From assembly GCF_009914755.1 (NCBI RefSeq), contig NC_060926.1: a stretch of 64,000 bases of DNA, one strand, 5' to 3'. Source of the stretch: the human T2T-CHM13v2.0 reference genome, Homo sapiens. The position numbers were made by a program, and so were the translations under genes. Positions 11,907 to 23,980 of the stretch are shown here, piece after piece. Position 1 is the stretch's first letter; each line of letters starts with the position of its first letter. The notes under the pieces are model-generated. The model made no database searches and was not told the DNA's origin. It saw only the letters and a list, made by a program, of their open reading frames with translations.

Positions 11907-12704
11907 TGAAATCACCTTTGCAAAATTATGACAGTACTCTATCTTGCTTCTAGCCTCACAAGCTGGCTGGCTTTGCTCATTCCTGGATGTGAGCCAAACT
12001 AACTTCAGGAGAAATTTAGTTTATAGTGTAAATGACGATAGCCCTTCCCAAAAACTAAACTATCCTTGTAAAACTGATGAAAGACCACCAAGTTAGGAAG
12101 AGGAAAGGGGCCTGAATTTTACTAAAATGTAGGCATAGTTAAATAATTACCAGCTATTATTCCAGAGGTCACACGATTTGCAACTTCCCCAATTACTCCT
12201 GTAAATAATATCACTATTATAGAACCTAAAATTGGCCTTTGGAGGTATCTTTTCAGGCTTTCACATTTCTGACAACTGGATGGCTCTGGGACTCAGTCAG
12301 TTCTGTGGCCCTACCCACAGGCAGACTCAGTGCACGAGGACCATATTCCACACTTCTATGATTGTATCCCCAACCAATCAGTATCACCCATACCTTAGCC
12401 CCCTACCCACCAAACTATCTTTGAATCTTCCTGGCACAGTGGCTCACACCTGTAATTTCAGCACCTTAGGAGGCTGAGACAGGTGAGTCACTTGAGCCCA
12501 AGTGTTTAAGACCAGGAATCTTTGAAAAACCCCCTTTGAAAAATCCCTAACCTCTGAGGCTTCAGTGAGATTGATTTGAGTCTGTCTCCTGCATGGCATG
12601 GCCAGCCTCGCATCAGTTAAACTCTCTCTTTACTGTAATGCCATGGTCTCTGTGAACTGAATTTGCTTGTGCAATGGGCAGGAAGAACCCGTCAGGTAGT
12701 TACA
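11907..12704 (+). mobile_element. solo LTR8-family (ERV1) LTR
   Basis: Begins TGAAATCACCTTTGCAAAATTATGACAG and ends ...AACCCGTCAGGTAGTTACA (TG...CA), resembling the recalled LTR8 consensus. Confidence 0.75.
12430..12515 (+). mobile_element. Alu left-arm 5' fragment without poly(A), inside an LTR
   Basis: ctggcacagtggctcacacctgtaatttcagcac...cacttgagcccaagtgtttaagaccag. Confidence 0.8.
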
Positions 12705-12919
12705 AAAGTATTCTCATTATTTTTAATATTTTTTCAGTTGTTTTTTTTTTGGACTTTATAGGCATGTAACCATATTATCTGTAAATAATAGTTTCCTTTC
12801 CTTTATAATATTTATACCTCTTATGCTTCATTGCCTTGGATTGAATTCCAATATTATTCTAGAATAATATTAAATAATAGTGCTATGACCAAGAATAATT
12901 GTTTTGTTTAAAAGTTTAA

Positions 12920-13080
12920 TAGGTACATGCCACCATGCCTGGCCATGTTTTGTATTTTTTGTAGAGATAGGGTCTTGCTATGTTGCCCAGGCTGGTCTTG
13001 AACTCCTGGGCTCAAGCGATCCACCTCTGACTCAGACTCCCAAGGTGCTGAGATTACAGGTATGAGCCACCATACTGGAC
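12920..13080 (-). mobile_element. partial AluJ/FLAM-like SINE
   Basis: tttttgtagagatagggtcttgctatgttgcccaggctggtcttgaactcctgggctcaag. Confidence 0.8.
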
Positions 13081-14084
13081 AGATCAAAAGTTTTTATCCT
13101 TTGATGCTTCAATATCATGAAATACATTTAAAAGATTTATAGATTGATATTATTAAGCCATCCCTGAATTCTAGGAATGAGCCACCAGTTATTGTATATT
13201 ATTATTTTACTATTAGGCTTGATACTATTTGCTAGTTTTCATGTAGCATTTTTCATCAACGTTCAAAGAAAAATTGGTCTAAATATATTACAATTATTAT
13301 GGCTTAGTATTCTTTTTTCACTCCTCTCAGAAAGAGTTTAAATAACAGAATTATCTGTGTCTTAAAGGTTGGAAAGAATTCTTGTATGAAACCATCTAGT
13401 CGCGGTGCTTTCTTTAGGCATAGATTACTCAGCATACAAATGTTAATGGGAGTTGCATTTTCACTGTGGATTGTACCTTTCATTATTATAAAGCGGCCCT
13501 CATGGTCAGCCTGGTAACAAAGTAGAGATGATTTGGAGGAACTGAAGACAGGGAGAAATGTATTAATTATTGCCATAACCTTGACATGATAAAGAAGGCC
13601 CAAGATGGTAGCAGTGAGGATGGGAAAAATGAATCAGATGGAATGTTATAAAGATAGATTTCATCTTTCACTTCTCTGAGCAATCTAAGAAGTTACAGCC
13701 TCTTATGCAATTAGCTCCTCATTGCATATGCTTTCCTCTTGTTCTTGAATTGTCACCTGTTTATATCTCATATTATCAGCTAAATTGTTAGCCCTCAGAA
13801 GAAGAAAGAATGTCTTAAAATTTTTTTTGTATCCTTTGAAGAGCCAGCCCACTCCTAGACACATACTAGTTTAATTCCTTACATGACTGATTGGTTCATT
13901 TATTCATTACAATAGGATATTGTTACAAAGGTGCTGCCTAGGATTAAGGAAATTAGTAGTATTATGTGTTTTCTGTATTAAAGTCATGAAATGGACAGAA
14001 AGACAGAACTAACTATATAAGAGGTATGAGCAAAGCCCCAGTATAAGATAGGCTCTGTGTCCCAGTTTTTACTGGAGTATGACC

Positions 14085-14388
14085 TTTTTTTTTTTTTTTT
14101 TTGAGACAGAGTCTCACTCTGTCACCCAGACTAGAGTGCAGTGGCACAATGTCGGCTCACTGCAACCTCCGCCTCCCAGTTCAATTCTCCTGCCTCAGCC
14201 TCAGCCTCCTGAGTAGCTGGGACTACAGGTATGTGCCACCATGCCCAGCTAATTTTTTGTATTTTTTTTTAGTAGAGACAGTGTTTCACTGCATTAGCCA
14301 GGATGGTCTCAATCTCCTGACCTTGTGATCTGCCTGCCTCGGCCTCCCAGAGTGCTGGGATTAAAGGTGTGAGCCACTGCGCCCGGCC
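14085..14388 (-). mobile_element. AluS-type SINE
   Basis: Poly-T then reverse Alu dimer; degenerate TSD tggagtatgac / tggactacgac. Confidence 0.9.
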
Positions 14389-14652
14389 TGGACTACGACT
14401 TTTCATAGAGGACACTGCAGATATGAGAACATCCACAGCACTTAGTTGTGGGTGGCAAAGTCCACAGTTTACAAAAATTCAACTACTGTTAGAATAACCA
14501 CACATTCTAAATCAAATTTCCCATCAATGAGGCTTCAACAACCTAGTTGTGATGCTGGCAATTCTTGTGCCCACCTGATGCCTTGTACTTCCTGGTTCCA
14601 GGGGGCTAAGCCTCAATGGACTGGCCTGGAAGGGCAATGGCAGGAGACTCAC

Positions 14653-14829
14653 CAGGTTGTCCAGCATCCTCATGAGGGCCTCAAACTCATGCTCCCCCAG
14701 CCGACTCTTCTGCATAGGCCCAAAGGTGCTCCCGGCCCACTGCACGGAGCCCACCTCATGGGGCCGGTGCTTCTCCTGCTCCAGGAGGATGAGGTTCTCC
14801 ACTCCCCCGGCACTGGACAGAGCCGACAC
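14653..14829 (-). CDS. ADD2: beta-adducin exon 10
   Basis: gctacag|GTG; [26 protein letters not shown]...[11 protein letters not shown]; 177 nt; donor CTG|gtgagt. Confidence 0.96.
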
Positions 14830-15311
14830 CTGTAGCAAAGAGCAGAGAGCCCTCAGCCCATGTGCACATGGGTACCCTGCACTTATCTATGCTCCTGTAT
14901 GTGATGAGAGAATGGGGAGTCCAGAGGAGAACTTAGAGGCCAAACTGAGAAAGAGCCACCCATACTTGATGGGCATGCCCCCATTTCCAAGAAAAGAGCT
15001 ATTAGTTTATTTTCTGATGCCAGTTCTTAGAGATTATAAAGAAGGAAACAGCAAGCATTAAACCTTAAGAATCAAAACAGAGGACTGAAAGTTACCTGGG
15101 ATACAGACTAACCTAGAATTGTGATTGTATCTGGGGAGGGAGGGAAGATGAGACAGGAAAGGACTTCAAAGCGGACTTCAGTTCTTGTTTGTAATATTTT
15201 GTTCTTCAAGATTTGAAGCCAGAGGTTATGAATATGTTTGATCTGATTGGTAGGTATGGGTGTCTATTATGTTAGTCTCTGCACTTTTCTGTATGTTTGA
15301 AATATCTCCTA

Positions 15312-15610
15312 TTTTTTTTTATTTTTATTTTGAGACAGTGTCTCTGTTGCCCAGGCTGGAGGGCAGTGGCACAATCTCGGATCACTGCAGCCTTAACCTC
15401 CCAGGCTTCAGCTATCCTCCCACCTCAGCCTCCTGAGTAGCTGGGACTACAGATGTGCACTACCACATTCAGCAAATTTTTGTATTTTTTGTAGAGATGG
15501 GAGTCCTGCCATGTTGGCCAGGCTGGTCTCGAACCCCTGGGCTCAAGCAATCTACCTGCCTTGGCCTCCCAATGTGCTGGGATTACAGGCATGAACCACC
15601 ATTGCTGACC
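15312..15610 (-). mobile_element. AluJ-type SINE
   Basis: Reverse Alu dimer with J-type cactgcagcctt / gggctcaagcaat; flanks tctcctat on both sides. Confidence 0.88.
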
Positions 15611-18600
15611 TCTCCTATATTTTTTTAAAAGTCACTTGAAAGAAATAGGCTGGCTCCCAAGCCAATGAAATTTATTTGTAACCTCATGGGATGAATTCAC
15701 AGGTCCAAAGGAAAAATACATTCTCCACAATGGGGTTAGTCAGTCAAGGAAGCCCAGAGAAAGGAGACAGATAAAATGCTTGTAGTGTACAGCCAAGCAC
15801 TGTGCAGGGGTGAGAGTTCCCACACATGGACTTAGAGTGTCTGTCTCATTGTCAAGGCTCCATGGGGAGGGCAATGCAGGTGGTTGTAGGCAATGGACTC
15901 TGAGTATTAGGACAAGAGGTGTGTGTATATAGCAGGCAATTTTGGAATGATCCTAAAAAACACTCATTAATCTAACAAATCCCCTTTTTTTTAAATTCTG
16001 TGCTTATCTAATGGTACATTCTATTTACCCTCATGTATCTACCACTCAGATATAATTGGTTAGGGTTTGGCTTCCTGGATGACAAATCTAGCTACATAAA
16101 GAGACAATGGCTTATGAATAGTCCAGGTGGTGAGCCAGGTGTTCTGCACTGCACATTATTATATTAGCATTCCAATAAGATATGATATCCCATGTTAGCC
16201 TGCTTGTTATGGGAAACTGCTTTAATTATGCAAACTTTCAGTATTTTTGTGACAGTTATTTTTTACTGGAAATGAAAAAATCCAATTTAACCTGCTGACA
16301 AATGCAGGTCTATGAACCCAAGAGGATCAGGGACAGACCTTAGAGTATGTTAAATTCATCATTTAACAAATGCCCCTGTGATACTTCTCTGAGGTCAGCC
16401 AGGCAGCCCTCCCAGGTGACCCCCGTCACCCTATGAAGAGAAGGAAGCAAGAATATTATCTACGCCCTTCTCGTCCAAGCCATGTGTCTAGCAGAAGATA
16501 AACAGACTTCTCCCACTGCCCCTCACAGTCCTGGTGAGGCAGCGCTTCTCCAGGTAGTGTTTAAGGGCACAGACCTGGGCACCAGGCTGCCCAGGTTTGA
16601 ATCCTGGCTCTGCCACTTACCAACTGTGTGACTTTTAGTAGCTATTTACCATCTGTGTACCTCAGTTTCCTCTAAAATGAAAATAGCAGAACCTACCTTG
16701 TGAGAAGTCTTTAAGGTAATAGATCTAAAGCACTTAGTGTATCACCTGGTACATATGGGGTGAAGTATAATGTTCTAATGAATGAATTTTGAGAAGCACT
16801 ATTCCCTGGGGACCCATACTTAATGGAGAAGAAGAGAGGGAGAGACTGCCCACAACCTTGCAAGAGCTGCCTCCTCCCACCTCCCTCTTCCTCCCCCAGT
16901 TTCCATGGTGATGGGTAGCAGATGGAGAAGAACTGCTTGAGCTTCTTCCCATCTGCCTGTCGGCAGAGCAGGGAGCTGCCTCTCTCAGCAGGGGATGACC
17001 CAGTTTCCTGGAACCCCAAATTGATGGGGATCAGAGAGAACACCATCCCCAGGAGAAATAAATAGGCTCTCAGCCTTGAACTACTAACATGACCACAGCC
17101 ACGTTCGCTTGTTTGCCAAGGTCACCAAGGAAGAAAACTTGGCCCACAATGGAAACAGAGCTTCAGTGCTGGCCGCTTCACCCAAAAATGACCTGGCTAG
17201 GGCTGCGCTCCCAGCGGCACCTGCAGTCACTGTTACCTAGGCTCTTTCATGCCCTGATCCACCCACACCTCCTCTAGGCTTTCCTGCTTTTTTCTTCCAC
17301 ATCTTCCAGCTCTATTCCCGTCTCTAGAAGCCTCTCTGCTCTACCAGCTGGGGGAAAAAAAGGTCACTGGAGCTTGCCCGGGGTTATCTGTCTGCATTGC
17401 CTGAGGTCCTGTAACAAGGTCTCAGCAAACCAATCCTGAAACGAAAGTGATAGCAGCTGAGGGAAGGGGGCTGTCAGGTACAGAAGCCCACAGCTCTGCC
17501 CTTGAAACTGCCCAGAAACTGTTTCTGGGGTTCTGGATCCTGGGAGAGGCATACTTCACCATGTGGGGTGGTGCGACACATGGGCATCCCTCTCCCTTCA
17601 TTTTTAGGGCTGAGCTGTCTTTGCAGAGATGATGTTTTTACAGGAGATATTTTCTTATTGAAGAATCTTCTCCAGAAGGAAGATAGGGAGCTCTTAAGAG
17701 TTCAGATGTGGGAAAGGGAGAGTAGCTTCCCGGTATCCCAGAGGCTCCACCAGATTCTTCCACCAGTCAGTGGTCAGAGCTTAGGGCCAGAATCTTTGGT
17801 TGGGCAGCAGCCGGAGGCGCTACATCACATCAGAAAGGCACCAGCTGGGTCTGTGTCCACCTGCCCCTGTTCTGACCACTGCCTCTAATACTTCATCATT
17901 ATCTTCACAGCTATCCTCACCACATATCCTTTTAAAACGATTGAAAAGGTCCCACTGCAGAGCCTCCACCAGCGACACTTCCAGGCAGATCTCAATCTCC
18001 CCAGAGTGCCTCCAAGAGAAAGACCTCTTCCTCTGGGTGCTGCTCTGCCTAGGCCAGCCAGGAGAGGGCGGACGGGACACCAAGGGGCTGGGCAAAGAGC
18101 TGACTCATCCAGGAGCAACGGGCCTCCATATGTCAGTTGAGTCCTAAAAATAGCATCAGCAACACCCCTCTTTGTGTCCTCACAGTGACCCGCTGGGCCC
18201 CACGTCTACAGTTGAGGAGACAGAGGCTCAAGCAGGGCAAGTCCTCTACCCAAGGGCACACAGCCCAGAGTGGGGAGGATGGAGCCTGGTCAGCCTGGTC
18301 TGGTTAATAAGGTCTTTTCAGGGTTGTGCAAGGCCCCCTACCTGCCCCTGACCAACTTGCCACATTGAAAAGTGTGTGCTTGGCTTATCCAACACCACCT
18401 TGTTGTCTATACAACTACAGGTTTGTCTGTTTTCCTACTGCTTCTCCAACTCCTCTAGGGGGTTCCCTGATCACTGACACTACTGTCTTCTCCATCCCTT
18501 CCCGGTTAGGGATTTCATGATGGCTTCCTGGATATCACTTGGGGTTGCTCTGGCTGTTAAGGCTGCCACGTCAACACTCTGATTGGTCTGCTTTCCGCTT

Positions 18601-18654
18601 CTTTTTCTGGACGTGACCATGTCCCTGGCCTTTGCAAACCAACCCCCTCCCCTC

Positions 18655-18688
18655 AAAACAAACAAACAAACAAACAAACAAACAAACA
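18655..18688 (+). repeat. (AAAC)n microsatellite
   Basis: About 8 perfect AAAC units. Confidence 0.9.
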
Positions 18689-19077
18689 CCTACCTGTGTG
18701 TCTGTTGGGCATAGGTGCAACAGGTATACCCCACGTAACATATGAGCATGGTAAAAAATTTCTTTGCCTTATTACAATTTCTCCCACTGTCCAGTTGATG
18801 AGCCCAGGCAGCTCCCCAGACTGGGCACTGACCCCTAAGAAGTGGGTATTTATTGCTTGTTAGACAATGTTGATGCATTTTTCAAAGCCACAGAACTAAT
18901 CCTAAGTGTGAAACTTTAGAAGGATAAGATGGTGCCAAGGCAGAGAAATAGGGCAAGGCTTTTAGATGGCTGGGATCAAAAGACTCCCTGAATCACAGCC
19001 AACAGGGTCACCACGTTTGCCCACAGGCCCCTGTCAGAGCCCACTCCTGGGCCCACTTTCCAGGAGAATTTGCTCAC

Positions 19078-19176
19078 CTGTATCTCACATGCAGCCTGCA
19101 GGTGGAAGATCTTGTAAAATGCCTCCTCTACCGTGTCACCCAGAGCAACCACTCCATGGTTTCTTAGCACCAGGAT
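19078..19176 (-). CDS. ADD2: beta-adducin exon 9
   Basis: tctacag|ATC; [33 protein letters not shown]; 99 nt; donor CAG|gtgagc. Confidence 0.96.
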
Positions 19177-19368
19177 CTGTAGAGAAATAAATAGTCAATT
19201 AAAACCTTAAGTCCTCTAAACTTTAGTTAAGAGGGAGAGGTTTTCCATTTTATTTAGATCAACTTCCACAACCAATCCCAGGGCCCCTTCTCCCAACTCC
19301 TTATGTTCTCTAATCAAATACCCCAAAGCTACCCCACATGGGATTTTAACTCAAAGCATCTACCCTAA

Positions 19369-19529
19369 GAAATTGAAAAGACATTTTAAAACTGGGACTA
19401 AATAGCTTGATCAATTTCTTTAGGCAACGCCTGGGTTTTTATGCATTTTAAAAATTGAAATTGAAAAGGCATTTTAAAACTGAGACTAAATAGCTTGGTC
19501 AATTTCTTTAGGCAATGCCTGGGTTTTTA
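19369..19529 (+). repeat. 73-bp direct duplication with 15-bp spacer
   Basis: Copies at 19369-19441 and 19457-19529 differ by 4 transitions. Confidence 0.9.
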
Positions 19530-19872
19530 GGCCTTGGAAAGCTTAGAAGCTTGAAAAACTGCTGTGTATATTAAAGTGAATGAAGTTGTTTGCTATCCAA
19601 TACAGAGTTCCCACCTCAATAGCAATCTCTTGCTCCTGTGACTTAGTTGACGTGGGAGTCAAAACCCAGGGGGCGGCTCTCTGAGAGGTGGCCCTACAGA
19701 AACAGGTGAGTCACGTCACCTCTTTGGGTCTTAGGTTTCTGCACCATAAACTCAACAAGGCCCTGTCAGCTCTGAGATCTCACAGCTCTAGAAAGAGGCC
19801 ACAGTGACCTTCTCATCTAACTCATCGGTTTTATAGAAAAGAAAATAAAAGCCTGAAAAGACTAAAAGTCTC

Positions 19873-20166
<294 letters not shown>

Positions 20167-21156
20167 GGAAAGTCTCTCAGCTAATTAGGGGAAGCATCTG
20201 AACTAGAAGCCAGGGGTTCTCACTATTAGTGCAATGTTTTAGACTCAGTCAGGGAAAGCTGAGTAAAAGTGGGGGAACCCAAACTGAATTTGTACCAAGA
20301 GCACAACTCCCCAAAGTTCAACTGCATCTTCCCTCTGAAACTTTTCTTCGTTGGTTTTACTCTCAAGAACTCTCTGGAACCAGATGACACCAGCCTGGGA
20401 GCTGGGACACAGATCCATGTGTCAGATCTGTCTCCAGGCAGAGCCTGGGCTGAAGCCTGATGGCTCTAAACATCACATCCTCTCCTGTTGAAAACAGCTG
20501 GTATTTTTTCCTCTCAAGTGCCAGAGAAACAGAAAGAGACGATGGCTGTGGCCCACAAAAAGTACTACAAACAATGAATACCCCATCTCTCAAATTCTTG
20601 TAGCACTTCGTAGATGTGAATATTTCATCCCTCTCCCCACACTCTAAATAATGTTCTGGAGGATGTCAGGAGAGAGAGGTGGGATACCTCACTGTGTTAG
20701 AGATGAGAAGACAGGGACTCATGGGAAATGATTCAGGCAGTGCATTCCTTGCCAGGACAGCGGCAAAGCATCCATCAACCAAGACTAGCCTCCGTGGCTG
20801 TGCCATACTGAGCTAACCATCCCCAAATATGTGCTGTTATAAAACAGGGCTCAAGAGTTCAGTCAAGCAACAACAAGATTCCATTTTTCTCTTGCAAGCT
20901 AGTGGAAAAATAAAGGCGACAACACTCAAGTTTGGGGAGACTGCAGGGAAGTGGCACTCTCATATCCTAGACATGGGGTGGAAGAGTGAACAAACCGTGT
21001 GGGGCAATTTGGCGGCATGAAGTGAGAGTTCTAGCCCGTGCAGCCCTAGGAACTTATCCTAAGAAACTCATCTCAAGTTCACACAAAGATTTAGCTGACA
21101 GGATTTTCATCAATGTGTTGTTTTTATTAAGAAAAAACTCAGGAAGAAAAAAAAAA

Positions 21157-21449
21157 TTTTTTTTTTTTGAGACAGGGTCTAACTCTGTTGCCCAGGCTGG
21201 AGTATAGCAATGTGATCACAGCTCACTGCAGCCTTCACCTTCTGGAGTCAATCGATCCTCCCACCTCAGCCTCCTGAGTAGCTGGGACCACAGGTGCATA
21301 CCACCAAGCTTCACTAATTTTTGTATTTTTTGTAGAGACAGGGTTTGGCCATGTTGCCCAGGCTGGTCTTGAACTCCTGGGCTCAAGTGCTCCACCCACC
21401 TTGGCCTCCCAAAGTGTTGGGATTACGGGCATGAGCCCTGCACCCAGCT
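21157..21449 (-). mobile_element. AluJ-type SINE
   Basis: Poly-T, gagacagggtct...gctcactgcagcc...ctcccaaagtgttgggattac. Confidence 0.88.
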
Positions 21450-21491
21450 GAAAAATACCTTTTAATGTTCAACCACAGAAGAGTATTCAGG

Positions 21492-21549
21492 TAAATTATA
21501 GCACAACTATTCCCATAATGAAGTCTGTGAATAGTTGTGCTATAATTTA
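21492..21549. repeat. perfect 21-bp inverted repeat, 16-nt loop
   Basis: taaattatagcacaactattc (21492-21512) and gaatagttgtgctataattta (21529-21549). Confidence 0.95.
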
Positions 21550-21839
21550 ATTAAATTTAATAATTAAAAATGGTGATAGAGAAAATATTTAATAACATAC
21601 AAAGGTAATTACTATATATTGCTGAGGGAAAACAACTTATTTTATGATCCTAGTTTTGCAAATATAAATTTCAATATATTTGGGGTACACAGCAAAATCT
21701 CAGGGTAGTGGGATAGAGATCTTTCTTTTTTTTTCCCCCTCTCTCCCTCCCTTATTGTCCAATGAACATATGTCACTTTTGTGATGTTGGCTTTTGACAA
21801 TGCCACTCTAGATTATTGTCCCAGAAGAGCTAAGCTAAC

Positions 21840-21983
21840 CTTGCAGGTGGGTCCAAGGCACTTCTGCAGGTTGATCCGATCGGCTTCCTGCTCCATTTCC
21901 CCATTGAAGTCATAATAGGCCATGTCCCCCACCAGCAGGGCATTGTGGGAGACAGGCAGGAGGCCCCACTTCATGGCCGACAC
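21840..21983 (-). CDS. ADD2: beta-adducin exon 8
   Basis: ctctaag|GTG; [48 protein letters not shown]; 144 nt; donor AAG|gttagc. Confidence 0.95.
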
Positions 21984-22070
21984 CTTAGAGAGACAATGGC
22001 ATGGTTAGCACCTGCAGCCCTCCCTGCCCTTTCCTCAGAGCAGCACAGTCCAGCTCTACTCTGGGGGCCA

Positions 22071-22110
22071 GTGAGGGGTGAGGGGTGAGGAGTGAGGGGT
22101 GAGGTTGGGG
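22071..22110 (+). repeat. (GTGAGGG)n heptamer repeat
   Basis: gtgaggggtgaggggtgaggagtgaggggtgagg. Confidence 0.8.
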
Positions 22111-23456
22111 AGCAGGCACAAGAAAGGCCTGGGCTCCTCTACCACCTGGCTTGGGCGTTGTGTCACGCTGCTTGCTCTAGTGTCTTTCCATCACTGTTTT
22201 CACAGCAGCCATGTCAACATATCACCTTTTAGAACTGCTAGAAAGAATGCACTCCAGAGACCTATTGCTGCCCCTCCCACTCCCCCCACCTCACACACAG
22301 CTTTGCTCTTGTCATACAACTCTGGGAAGAGGCAGGCTGTGGTGGAGTTTGTACGAGGCTAGGGTAAGCAGAGTCCAGATCTCTTGGGGTAGGCTGGAGA
22401 CCCTCAGCTTTGGTTTCAGTGCAGACTAGGTCACAATTTTTAACAAACAGAGAGGCCCATTGAAAAGTCCCATTTTAAAATGAATGAAATTATTTGCTGC
22501 CCAGTATAAAGGTCCCACTTCAAAAGCAATCTCTTGCCCCTGGAACTAGGACAATACAAGTGCTGGGGACCAGGGTTGAAACACATTCCCCCACCACTTA
22601 TTAAAAGTAAGCTGCTCATGGTGGACAGAGTGTGCAATAATTTATTTATTTTTTTTTTTAGCAAGGAGCATGGAGAGGTTTAGAAGAACCCTTGCCCTCC
22701 TTCATTCATTCTGCCCTGACTCAGCCCTGAGCTCTGCAAAGATGCATGCTCAGCACAAATACATCTTCACATCTTAGTCCAAATTCTGGAAAGTCTGAAT
22801 GCTCACAACCAGTGTGTTTTGCTGAGAAAACGGGCTGATGACAAGTCAGCCTACTCTGTCCCTGTACATGTGTGGCCTGGGGGTCAGCAGGATAGGGTAG
22901 GGTTCGGGGGGAGTACCCAGAACTGGTTGTCTGCCTGCCGTCTTTCCAAGTGACATCGCAGTGTCTTAGGTACACATGGAGAAATGATCAGAGGGGGACA
23001 ACCTGCTCATTGAGTCTCTTCTTTGTATTCTTTCCCAGTTTTGCTTGCTCCGTCCCCTACTCTCAGCCTACCCTGAGCTATGGGAAAACGGGCACAGTCC
23101 AGGTTCCCACTAACTGGTTGTCCTCTGTCAAGATATCTCCTTGCCAGAGCCTGGCTTCGTGGGGGCAGGCCCCACGCCTTGGTCCAACAGGACTGACCTG
23201 AGTAGAAACTTAGCAGGTACTGCTTGTGTATGCAGTATGTGGGGGATGCGATGGAACAGACATTCCATGTCTTCACGTTATGCTATGACTTCAGTAGTCA
23301 GAAAGATGGAGAGGCTGGGCGTTTCCACGTTGGGAGTTCTCTCGCTTCACCTTGGCCTGAGTTCTAGATCTTTCCAGACTGTTTTAAGTGACGAGATTGC
23401 TACAACCTCGGCAGCCTTACGTCTTTCCTTGGGTGGCTGAGAAGGAGTCCACTCAC

Positions 23457-23606
23457 CGCTGCTGTGGCCGGTGTGTGCAGGTGGATGATGCAGCGCACGT
23501 CGGGCCTCGCTGCATAGATGGCCGAGTGCAGACAGAAGCCTGTGGTGTCCACTGGGAAGCAGCTGCTGCCCTTCTCCACCACCTCTCCCAGAATGTTCAC
23601 CTTGAT
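23457..23606 (-). CDS. ADD2: beta-adducin exon 7 (class II aldolase-like head)
   Basis: gcgcag|ATC; [50 protein letters not shown]; 150 nt; donor GCG|gtgagt. Confidence 0.96.
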
Positions 23607-23829
23607 CTGCGCCAGGGAAGAAGAGAGACTTATGGCAACAGGGTGGCCGAGGCCCCGCACTCCTCTCCCAGCTGGTGGGCCCAGCATGTGCCGCCCACCT
23701 GTCTTCACACATTCCAGACACCATGAGCAATGACGGACTTGGTGTTGGAAGAAAACAAACCAGTTCCTGCCCTCAGTGAGTGCACAGTCTAACGGGACAC
23801 AGACGATTATAATTCAGCAGGAGAAATGC

Positions 23830-23980
23830 GAGAGCAGAGTTTCTCAGACTTTGTTCACGTGAATCACCTGAAGCCCAGTCAAATGCAGGTTCTGATTCAG
23901 AGGCTGAGGGGGCCCTGAGAGCCTGCATTTCTAACAAGTTCTCAAGTGATCCACAGACCACACATGGGGTAGCAAAGTGC
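23830..23980. mobile_element. MER5A hAT element (similar remnants near 310-460, 3330-3640, 10330-10480, 39370-39530)
   Basis: gaatcacctg...atgcaggttctgattcagagg...ggccctgagagcctgcatttctaacaagttctcaagtgat. Confidence 0.65.

Larger units (their letters stand above)
10680..13420 (-). mobile_element. old L1M fragments interrupted by LTR8 and Alu
   Basis: T-rich degenerate antisense L1 ORF2/3' sequence (tgatttgtaagctctttgt..., ttcttgtatgaaaccatctagtc). Confidence 0.6.

Noticed and set aside
13304-13603. 99-aa ORF with L1 ORF2-like words (GRFIIMKGTIH, LDGFIQEFFPTFK)
   Set aside because: A patchwork of decayed L1 fragments, not an intact coding sequence.
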